A DNA stretch of 64,000 nt from Candidatus Melainabacteria bacterium 17Bon1m (GTDB lineage Bacteria; Cyanobacteriota; Vampirovibrionia; Obscuribacterales; Obscuribacteraceae): contig JAVLKG010000008.1 in assembly GCA_032128875.1 (NCBI GenBank), positions 1-64,000 of the forward strand, written 5' to 3'. Shown here one piece after another: positions 48,052 to 56,476 of the stretch (position 1 is the stretch's first letter; each line of letters begins with the position of its first letter). The notes beneath the pieces were generated by a model. The model ran no database searches. It was not told where the DNA came from and saw only the letters and a program-made list of their open reading frames with translations. The position numbers were made by a program, and so were the translations under genes.

Positions 48052-50442
48052 CTAGTTGGCATGACGCAGCTCGTAGTCGGCGACGGTCGGGCTGTCGCCC
48101 GGCACTGCCAACGCAACTTCGCTTGCCATCCGCGCCGCGGCTGCATTCGCATCCAGAGCGAGAGGCACGTTGTACCGCTGCGAGGCGGTAGCAACAGGAA
48201 GGGTTGAGCCAATGGGCGCGGCGGTCTCGGCGCTGCGCAGGCTCTTCCAGGTATCCATTCCGTAGTCGGCGTAGCCCTGCTGCTGCGCGAACAGGCGCGC
48301 GGCGGCGTCATTGCTCATCGACATCATTTGCAGGCAGAGCCACCAGGTGTCCAGGTGCGCGTCAAAGAGCACGTTTTGCGCCCTGTCAGCGTCGCTCTGA
48401 GCGTCTTTGTAGTGCCGCTGCTGGTAGGCAGCATAGGCGCTCTCCAGAAGCTGCATAGCGGGCGTCGTGTGGCAATAGAGCCCATAGCCGTAAGCGACGC
48501 CGTTGACGACGCGGCGATATGGCAGGTTTTGGCAGGCGGCGATGTCGGATTCCAGCTGCGTGAGCAGCGAGAAAGCCTTAGCGTCCGCAGCCAGCTCTTG
48601 CGAGATGAGGTCTGCTGCCGGCTTCAACTGCAGGTCGACGCCCACAGTGGCAAACTGCAGTTTTACCCAATCTTGCTTCGGCACTTCCGCCTGATCTTCG
48701 ATTTCCTTCACCGCAGGCTGCGTGTTGGCGAGCATCTCTGCCGCTTCCGCGCCGCCCCAGTTGTCGCCGGATTTGGCGAGCAGGTCGTCGAGCTTGTTGA
48801 CGAGCGAGCGCACGAGCTGCTGAGCGCGCTCGTACTGTTCTTGCTGGCGCTTGATCAGCTCGGCAAGCGAAGTCTCTTGCGGTCCGCAAACGGACTCAAG
48901 GATGATCGCCACCTGACTCATGAGCGCTGCCCAGTCGGTGCGACCCAACTGCGAAGTTTCCTTCAAGCGCGCCGACTCAGAGTCGATCGTTGCGGAAAAC
49001 TCGTCCGCGCCGGGCGAGAAGATATGCGGCAGGCGCGTGAGCATAAGAACATTGGACGCCTGCTTCTGCAGCAAGTTGTCCACCGCCTTACGCGCTTCCA
49101 GACGCTGCTGGTGCAGCCCGTAGAGGGTCGCAACAGACGCCTGCGCCGCCCGCCACTTCTGAGCGGTGTAGAGCACGCTGATAGCGTCGCTGTCTGCGCG
49201 GTCGGCGTCCAGGTCAGCCTTCGTCGAATTGTCGAGGATGGCGTTCATCTGCTCGTCGACGGCTTGCTTGGCAGCGAGCACCTCATCGACGATGCGCTTC
49301 GCTTCACGCAAGGCGCGCTCGGCGGCAGGCAACGTGCGCTCGAAAGCACCAGATTCACCCGCGTACAGCTGAGTTTTGAGCTTCTCCAGATTGGTCGAAG
49401 CGCTGTCGAGCTGCTTGTTCAGCTCATCATCATCCTCGGCAAAACGGAAAAACTGCGGCTCCGCATCGAAATCGACAGCATCGGGATAGCCCGAATTGAG
49501 CGGCTTCGCTCGCAGACCTGCAACGCGCTGCGTCTGAACACGCACACTCTCGCGATAAGCAAGCAGCGACTTGAACAGCTCCAGAGCCTTGAGCAGGGTG
49601 TTGCGGAAAGCCGTGATCTTCGCAGTGATAGTCACTTCCGCGCGAGAGAAGTCGGTGAGCGGGTCACCATTCACCTGCGCAGCAAACGCATCCACTCCCG
49701 CGCTCACGTTGCCGAACTCGGCTTCGTAAGGACCGAACGGCAGCTCTTGCGTCGCGCCGACGCGATTCTTCAGCGCGGTGATATTGTCCGGGGCAAGTCC
49801 GAAGACCGTGTCACGAACTCGCTTGTCGGCGGCTTGAGCGCTCCGCATAGCGCCTTGAATGCGCTCAAGAGTGCTGCGCCCTTGCGCGCCCTTCGATTCC
49901 AATTCACCGCTCAATTGGGTTCCCGTCTGAGTTGCAACGGGTGCCAGTCCAGCAAGCTCTTTCAGCGCACCGCCTGCAAGGCAGTTGCTGTCGATAGTCA
50001 GCGGAGTATCGGTGAGCTTGTGAATGGCGGTCTTGAGCGGCTTGTGCGAAAGCTGCCACCACTTGCGCTCGGCAAATCGCTTGCGCAGGTCTTCAGCTTC
50101 CTTGATGGTGTTCTCGGCAACGACTCGCTGTGCGGACCAGAATGACCAGTCCTTGCGCGCCGCGTCGAGAGTTTCCTTGCTTGCGCCTGTGAACACCGTT
50201 CGGCCGTTTACCAGCCCGTTGCGGTCACTTCGCAATGATTGATCGGCGTTGGATGTTGCTCGAATCATATTCGTCCAGGCGCTGTGCGAGGTCGAATACT
50301 GTCGTTCGAGCTGGAACCGGATGCGCCGCCGCACATAGCCGGTCACAGAGATAGCGATCACAATCAACCCGAGCAGAATCGCCCCAGCCACGAATGGGCT
50401 GAGAGTCAGTCCGGCGATTGTTATGGGTGTCGTGAGACTCAT
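48052..50442 (-). CDS. Membrane-anchored long alpha-helical protein (EzrA-like topology)
   Basis: Single N-terminal TM followed by RRRIR, then about 750 aa Ala/Leu/Glu/Gln-rich helical sequence; GAGGA SD before 50442. Confidence 0.8.
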   Translation of the reverse strand: MSLTTPITIAGLTLSPFVAGAILLGLIVIAISVTGYVRRRIRFQLERQYSTSHSAWTNMIRATSNADQSLRSDRNGLVNGRTVFTGASKETLDAARKDWSFWSAQRVVAENTIKEAEDLRKRFAERKWWQLSHKPLKTAIHKLTDTPLTIDSNCLAGGALKELAGLAPVATQTGTQLSGELESKGAQGRSTLERIQGAMRSAQAADKRVRDTVFGLAPDNITALKNRVGATQELPFGPYEAEFGNVSAGVDAFAAQVNGDPLTDFSRAEVTITAKITAFRNTLLKALELFKSLLAYRESVRVQTQRVAGLRAKPLNSGYPDAVDFDAEPQFFRFAEDDDELNKQLDSASTNLEKLKTQLYAGESGAFERTLPAAERALREAKRIVDEVLAAKQAVDEQMNAILDNSTKADLDADRADSDAISVLYTAQKWRAAQASVATLYGLHQQRLEARKAVDNLLQKQASNVLMLTRLPHIFSPGADEFSATIDSESARLKETSQLGRTDWAALMSQVAIILESVCGPQETSLAELIKRQQEQYERAQQLVRSLVNKLDDLLAKSGDNWGGAEAAEMLANTQPAVKEIEDQAEVPKQDWVKLQFATVGVDLQLKPAADLISQELAADAKAFSLLTQLESDIAACQNLPYRRVVNGVAYGYGLYCHTTPAMQLLESAYAAYQQRHYKDAQSDADRAQNVLFDAHLDTWWLCLQMMSMSNDAAARLFAQQQGYADYGMDTWKSLRSAETAAPIGSTLPVATASQRYNVPLALDANAAAARMASEVALAVPGDSPTVADYELRHAN

Positions 50443-50865
50443 TTCAGTTTTCCTCTTTTTCAGAGAGATAGATCGACGAGAGAGAGAGAGGAGGCTCCTG
50501 GCCTCCGATATGCGACAGCTCTTTTCAACCTGGCGAGAGAAGTTCTGCTCGTTTTGGTTGGAGATGCCCAAAGTTCTTGTAGAGAATCCTCAACGCTATG
50601 GCTGAAGATTCACAACAAGTATTATTGACATCCGCTCATCTGCTATTTGACATCTGCTCGCGCGTCGTCGGACACACATAGAAAACGTGCGCAGGCGTAA
50701 GTAAATGTCTTGAACGAGAAGAGTTTTCGCGCTGTTACAGGGGTTGTAGAGAAGAAAGAAAAATGCCTGATTAAGTTGCCACGTGCGCAGGTGCAAGATC
50801 TACTCCGCGCGATAAATCATTTCTTTTCAACCAGTAAAAGTAATATAAAAGCTCGCGCGAGCGCC

Positions 50866-50988
50866 TGACAATCACCTCGCGCGACCACATGACAATGAGC
50901 AACACAGCCACATGACAATAGAGGGAGCAACCACATGACAAATACAAACTTCAGCCCCCGTGACAATCCTTAGCGCCAACGCTTGACA
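50866..50988. repeat. Periodic direct-repeat array in divergent intergenic region
   Basis: CCACATGACAA at 50885, 50908, 50931 (period 23); TGACA core also at 50866, 50961, 50984. Confidence 0.8.
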
Positions 50989-51264
50989 TTGCCGTTTCTT
51001 ACGATTTAGCCTCTCGCGCAGCACGCGAAAACAGCCCTGCCTGGCGCACCACATTCGGTATCAAAGCGGTTGAAAGGGTTCTTGAATCTTCAAAACATGC
51101 CGGAATCCAACAAGGATTTGCCGTCTCATAAATCAAAACGCCGCGTGAAATCGCCTATTGACAGGCGATTTCAGATATCCCTTACTCATACATTGGGCTA
51201 TCATATCGAAAGCCAGGCACGGTGCACGGCGCCGATTGTGTTCAAAGGGGAGTATACAGTCGTT

Positions 51265-53448
51265 ATGTCAGAGTCTTCGACACAGTCGGCCGGCAACGCA
51301 CAAGCCGATAGCAGCGGATTTTTCGGCAAGGTTCAGCGCGACATGGTGCTGGTAAGTTTTCTCAGCCTTTTCTGCGAACTGATGATTATTCGCTGGATGT
51401 CGACTGAGATTCGCATTTTCGCCTACTTCAAAAACCTTCCTCTAATGGCAGCTTTCCTTGGTCTGGGTCTAGGTTTTCTCTGGACCCACAAAAAGAAAGA
51501 GTGGATGAAAACATCGAGCCTCTGCTTGCTGTTTCTCTCAGGCATTCTGATCTTCGCACTGGCACTGCACTTCACACACCTGACCTTCGTCGACCCATTC
51601 AAATTCATGCTCTTCGGCGTAGGCAAAACGGGCGTTGGGCAATCGGGATCGGAGTTTCTTGATTCGGCAAAAACGCTCGCAATCATGCTCGGCAACTTCA
51701 TTCTTGCCACTTTAGTCTTCGTAGGTTTCGGTCAAAAAACCGGACAACTATTTGAAAAACTCAGACCGCTGCAAGCGTATTCGTGGAACGTGTTTGGCGC
51801 GCTTCTCGGAACAGTCATATTTTCTGTGCTCTGCTGGTTCAACTGCTCACCAGGCATTTGGCTCATAGTGATGGGCGTCGGGCTGATCGCAATGTTTCCC
51901 AAACGCCCTACAAGCTACGCACTGATCGCGCTTGGCGTCGGCTACATCGTCTGGCTGGCACCATTCATCTCGAAAGCGTATTACGGCGAAAATTACGTCG
52001 AAACCATATGGTCGCCCTATTACCGCATAGACCTGACTCGCGAACCCGTAGACGAAAAACAAGCAGGCAAGAAGGGGCTCTTCTTCGGCTACACCGTTTA
52101 CATCAATTACGACAACTTCCAGCAAATCCTCGACTGCACGCCGGAAAACCTCGCGCAAATGCCGCCAAAGGTTTCAGAAGCGATGCGTCTGACATTCGAG
52201 CGTCCATATCACTTGTTTGATAAACCGCCAGAGAGCGTTCTTATTCTCGGCGCCGCCAACGGAACCGACCCCGCCGCCGCATTGCGATGCGGTGTCAAAC
52301 AAATTGACGGCGTGGAGATCGATCCGGGCATCGTCAACATAGGAAGGACGCTGCATCCCGAAAAGCCTTATGACAAGCCGAATGTGCATTTGGACGTCAT
52401 GGATGCAAGAACATTCTTGCGCACAACGAACAAAAAATACGACTTGATTCTCTTTGCGTATGTCGACAGCCACGCGGCATTTTCGTCCCTTTCCTCGCTG
52501 CGAATGGACAACTATTTGTTCACCAAAGAATCGCTTACAGATGCAGCAAAGTGCCTGAATAAAGATGGCGTTATCGTTATCACGTTCTTGTCGATGGCAG
52601 ATTGGCTCTGGGAAAAACATGCAAAAGCGCTTGGTGAGGCGACCGGCATGAAGCCACTGGGCTTCTGCATGAACAATGGAATGGTTGATGTTGCGACTCT
52701 TATTTCCGGCCCCGGTATTGCCAACCGCACACCAAATGTACAGGGCTTGCCGCCTCGCGCCGTTGACTTGGGCGTCTCCACTCCGATTTCGACTGACGAT
52801 TGGCCTTTCCTTTTCTTACCGAAGCACGAAATTCCGACTGTCTACATGTATCCGATTTTCCTCGTGCTCGCCTTTGGATTTGCGCTTGTTGCGCCGCAAA
52901 TGAAAGAAGGCAGACGAGAAGTCCTCAACTGGCAGATGTTCCTCATGGGCATGGGCTTTATGTTGCTAGAAGTACGGGCGATGTCGGCATTGTCACTGCT
53001 GTACGGTTCTACATGGATAGTCAACAGCACAGTCATTTCCGGCGTCATGATTGTTATTTTGATCGCCAACTACGTGGCGGCGAGGCTCCAGGCAAAACAT
53101 ATCTATCCGATCGCCGGACTGCTGATTGCCGCACTTTTAGGAACGACGTTCTGCTCGCTTTCGAGCCTTGCACAGTTGGGCTCGCTCACCGGACAAACGC
53201 TAGGCACCGTCATCTTCTTGTCGCCGATGGTGTTCGCTTCAGTGATGTTTGCGCTCTTGTTCAAAGACACGAAAGCAGCAAGTACGGCTCTGGCGTTCAA
53301 CATCACCGGCGGATTGATCGGTGTGTGCCTGGAGTATTTCTCGATGCTCACGGGTCTGCAAGCGCTGGGGTTCGTCGCAATTGCCATCTACGGATCGGTA
53401 GCAGCACTGAATTTGAAACGCGGGAAAGAACCCATCGCGACGACGTAG
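51265..53448 (+). CDS. Spermidine-synthase-like membrane methyltransferase-fold protein
   Basis: N- and C-terminal TM bundles; WSPYYRI, LILGAANG, VEIDP, DARTFL, TDDWPFLFL. Confidence 0.85.
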   Translation: MSESSTQSAGNAQADSSGFFGKVQRDMVLVSFLSLFCELMIIRWMSTEIRIFAYFKNLPLMAAFLGLGLGFLWTHKKKEWMKTSSLCLLFLSGILIFALALHFTHLTFVDPFKFMLFGVGKTGVGQSGSEFLDSAKTLAIMLGNFILATLVFVGFGQKTGQLFEKLRPLQAYSWNVFGALLGTVIFSVLCWFNCSPGIWLIVMGVGLIAMFPKRPTSYALIALGVGYIVWLAPFISKAYYGENYVETIWSPYYRIDLTREPVDEKQAGKKGLFFGYTVYINYDNFQQILDCTPENLAQMPPKVSEAMRLTFERPYHLFDKPPESVLILGAANGTDPAAALRCGVKQIDGVEIDPGIVNIGRTLHPEKPYDKPNVHLDVMDARTFLRTTNKKYDLILFAYVDSHAAFSSLSSLRMDNYLFTKESLTDAAKCLNKDGVIVITFLSMADWLWEKHAKALGEATGMKPLGFCMNNGMVDVATLISGPGIANRTPNVQGLPPRAVDLGVSTPISTDDWPFLFLPKHEIPTVYMYPIFLVLAFGFALVAPQMKEGRREVLNWQMFLMGMGFMLLEVRAMSALSLLYGSTWIVNSTVISGVMIVILIANYVAARLQAKHIYPIAGLLIAALLGTTFCSLSSLAQLGSLTGQTLGTVIFLSPMVFASVMFALLFKDTKAASTALAFNITGGLIGVCLEYFSMLTGLQALGFVAIAIYGSVAALNLKRGKEPIATT

Positions 53449-53496
53449 GGGCGCCGCATGCGGCTCCCTGCCAGGGTGGCACAGCTGCCACCCCTA
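53445..53496. repeat. Inverted pair of REP-like palindromes overlapping the stop codon
   Basis: GTAGGGGCGCCGCATGCGGCTCCCT and GGGTGGCACAGCTGCCACCCCTA. Confidence 0.65.
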
Positions 53497-53760
53497 TGAC
53501 ATACCAAGACACACGGCATGTAATAGTAGAAGCACTTAAAAACAAAAGCACCGTATATGGTGCCGCGACGGGTAAAAAAAAGAAGGCGACAGGCTGAAGG
53601 ACAAATCCAACTTTCGTTGAACTCATTCATCTGCCTGCCGCCTTCTTCACAGACCAGTGCGTGGTCAGGGTTTATGGGAGCAGTCATCGCTCCAAGTTTT
53701 CAAACTTACAATTAGGCGCCTGTGATGCGCCGTTTCACAACATCCGCGCTTTGTTCTGTC

Positions 53761-54030
53761 TTAGCGCGGCAGGAAAGGCTTGTGCGTGAGCCTTTCGGTG
53801 GGGTTCGCCTCGATGAGCGGTTGACCGCAGCCGTTGTCCTTGAGATTCGGGCTGTGGGCGTGGTCGGGCATGCTGGAGCAGCCCGGGAAGCGCTTGTTCG
53901 AGAGCAGGGAATCCGACGGAACAGCCTGGCTGTTGGTCGCCGGAGTGATGGCAGTCTGGGGCTTGAAGCAGACGAACAGCGTCGCCAGCACCATGAGCGC
54001 GCAGATTGCCACGCCAATTTTCTTTGTCAT
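53761..54030 (-). CDS. Small exported/membrane-anchored protein (89 aa)
   Basis: MTKK plus hydrophobic helix; GAGGA SD; two Cys in the soluble part. Confidence 0.55.
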   Translation of the reverse strand: MTKKIGVAICALMVLATLFVCFKPQTAITPATNSQAVPSDSLLSNKRFPGCSSMPDHAHSPNLKDNGCGQPLIEANPTERLTHKPFLPR

Positions 54031-54405
54031 AAATCCTCTTAGACCGCTGAAAGAGACAGGGACGTCTCGTGCGGTTTCTTGGATGGGCTGCGGGAGTTGT
54101 TTCTCGCAGTTCCCTGGATGAACCCCTTTGTGCAAGCACCGCTGGCGGCGTTTACATAAAAGGGCGGGTTTGCGATGCCGGGTAATGCAAACCGGCATGC
54201 GGGCTGAGTTTTAGCCAACCGCGGGGGAGCCGCATGAGGCTCTCCTGCAAGATCGGGCAGGGAAACGCACCACGTGCGCTACCAGGAGGAACGCACAGAA
54301 GCGTTCCCAAAAGAAGAACAGGCGAGCACGATTTCTCATGCCCGCCTGTCCAGGTTTGTTCATCCGTTGAGCGGTTTACCGTTGTCGGATATACCGCTTG
54401 GCGGG

Positions 54406-55854
54406 TTAGTGAATCGACGCGATGCGAGTGCCGCTCAGACGGAGGTGCTTGCCTTCCGCCATCAGAGCCTCGATCTCGTGGATTTCCTTCGGCACGCCCG
54501 CGGTGAGCACTTCGTGACCATCAGCGGTGATAGCCACGTCGTCCTCGATGCGGACGCCGATACCGCGGAACTGCTCGGGGACGCGCGTGTCGTCCTTGTC
54601 GAAGTACAGCCCCGGCTCGACGGTGAAGACCATGCCCGGCTCAAGCTTGCGCTTCTTGCCGAAGGGGTCGCGGGTACCGCCGGTGCCGACGTCATGCACA
54701 TCCAGACCGAGCCAGTGGCTCGTGCCGTGCATGAAGAAGGACCGCAGCGTCACCGGCTCGGCAGGCGCCGCAGCACCGCTCGCGTTGGCAGCGGAGACAG
54801 CCTTGGCGTAAGCCTGGAGAGCCTTGCGCTCACCGGCGACCGTCGATACCGCCTTGGAGATGATGCCGAGCTTGTAGAGACCGGCACGCAGCACCTTGGA
54901 GGCAGCCTGGTGCACCTTCGTCAGCGAGCTGCCCGCAACGCCGGCCTTGATGGCGGCGAGCTGCGCGTCGAGCACGAGCTGATAGATGGTGCGCTGGGCG
55001 TCCGAGAACTTGCCGTTGACCGGGAAGCCGCGAGTGATGTCCGAGGCGTAGCCCTGGTACTCGCAGCCTGCGTCCACCAGCATCAAGTCGCCGTCCTTGA
55101 GCGGGTCGTTGTTGGTGGTGTAGTGCAGGATGACGGCGTTGTTGCCACCAGCGACGATGCTGTTATAGGCGGTGAAGTCGGCGCCGTTGAAACGGAAGAC
55201 CGACTCGATGATCGCTTCCAGCTGATACTCCGTGGAGGTCGGCTGGCACAGACGCATCGCCTCGCTGTGCGCGGCCGCCGAGATCTTCGCGGCGTGGCGC
55301 ATGATGTCCAGTTCGCGCTCGGACTTGAAGAGGCGCATCTCGTGAACGATCATTTCCGGGTTTTCGAGAGTGCGCTGCTCCGACTTCCAGATCTTGTCGA
55401 ACTGGCTGTCGAAGTGCTCGCTGTTGCCGAACTTGTAGTAGACAACCTTGGCGGCGGCGACGGCGGCGGCGGCTTCCTTGGCGAACTGGTCGACAGTGAA
55501 AGCCTTGTCGCAGGCGAATTTCGCCTTGGCGCCTTCGACACCGTGACGGATGCCGGTCCAGACTTCGCGAGCGCGATCCTTGGGGCGAACGAAGAGAGTG
55601 GTCGTCACTTTCCTGCCGACCTTGGTCACCATGAGCACCGCTTCGGGCTCCGGGAAACCAGCCAGGTAGAGCAAGTCGGACGACTGACGGAATTCGAATT
55701 CCGTATCGTTGGAGCGAGTGCGCTCAGGATTGGCGACGATGAACGCCACGCTGTTCGCTTTCATGCGAGCAGCGAAATCCTGAATCCGAGCCGCGTACAG
55801 GTCGGTAGACATGCGCGGACCGGTGAGCGAGCTCACCATATGTTTCTTGTCCAT
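54406..55854 (-). CDS. pepP: Xaa-Pro aminopeptidase P (M24B)
   Basis: FRQSSD, LHY, DAGCE, YASDITR, HGTSHWLGLDVHD, TVEPGLY, RIEDD. Confidence 0.95.
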   Translation of the reverse strand: MDKKHMVSSLTGPRMSTDLYAARIQDFAARMKANSVAFIVANPERTRSNDTEFEFRQSSDLLYLAGFPEPEAVLMVTKVGRKVTTTLFVRPKDRAREVWTGIRHGVEGAKAKFACDKAFTVDQFAKEAAAAVAAAKVVYYKFGNSEHFDSQFDKIWKSEQRTLENPEMIVHEMRLFKSERELDIMRHAAKISAAAHSEAMRLCQPTSTEYQLEAIIESVFRFNGADFTAYNSIVAGGNNAVILHYTTNNDPLKDGDLMLVDAGCEYQGYASDITRGFPVNGKFSDAQRTIYQLVLDAQLAAIKAGVAGSSLTKVHQAASKVLRAGLYKLGIISKAVSTVAGERKALQAYAKAVSAANASGAAAPAEPVTLRSFFMHGTSHWLGLDVHDVGTGGTRDPFGKKRKLEPGMVFTVEPGLYFDKDDTRVPEQFRGIGVRIEDDVAITADGHEVLTAGVPKEIHEIEALMAEGKHLRLSGTRIASIH

Positions 55855-55983
55855 TGGTAACTCCTTATTGCACGGCGCGAGTCGCGTCGTACAGGACGGT
55901 TGTTATTAGCGTTGAAAAACGCATTTGAAAAACGCGCCCAGCAGCATGCCGAGCGCGTTTCACATCAAATGGAGAGATTCCCC

Positions 55984-56063
55984 GTACGGGCTGCGCAGGC
56001 GCTGCCCTGACAGGGAGCCGCATGCGGCTCCCCTACGGACTAGGCCGCATGTGGCTCCCTTAC
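55984..56063. repeat. REP-like palindrome cluster
   Basis: GGGAGCCGCATGCGGCTCCCCTAC at 56013 and GGCCGCATGTGGCTCCCTTAC at 56043; near reverse complement of the 53445 copy. Confidence 0.65.
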
Positions 56064-56076
56064 GAAGAATCAAGCG

Positions 56077-56349
56077 TCACTTCGTCTTGCGCAGGGCAAG
56101 GAAGTGCGCGCCAAGCGAAGCCAGCAGGGTGCAGACGATCACAACCGGCACCATGGATGGTGCCATGTTCTCGTCGGCATATACACCTGCGAAGACGACA
56201 GGATAGATGAGACCTGACACGCAGAGCATTGCTGCCCAGAGCATGTTCTCAGCCTTCTTGACCGTCAGGCAGATGTAGCTGGTCGCGAAGGTTACGATGA
56301 ACGAACCGGCAACTATCGCCAGTGCAATCATCAGGGTTAGCGTGTTCAT
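56077..56349 (-). CDS. Small 3-TM membrane protein
   Basis: Three hydrophobic helices; between the M16 peptidase and pepP on the same strand. Confidence 0.65.
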   Translation of the reverse strand: MNTLTLMIALAIVAGSFIVTFATSYICLTVKKAENMLWAAMLCVSGLIYPVVFAGVYADENMAPSMVPVVIVCTLLASLGAHFLALRKTK

Positions 56350-56476
56350 TGGTTTGGGACCTTCTTTTGGCTGAGAAGGGAGAGCGCGGGATTGCGCCCT
56401 CCCTCCCAGCTACTTAGCGATGGCCCCAGGCAGGGGTCACCGAAGAGACCAGTCCCGGAAGGGCAGGCGAGGCTGC

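Noticed and set aside
48063-48311. Extended 619-aa start for the E2-like gene
   Set aside because: Overlaps the upstream CDS by about 260 bp; ATGs at 48062 or 47882 are more plausible
50478-50490. (GA)6 tract upstream of the helical-protein gene as a phase-variation switch
   Set aside because: Too short to support without evidence of length variation
50885-50941. Possible mini-CRISPR array
   Set aside because: Repeats of 11 bp and spacers of 12 bp are far too short; no cas genes
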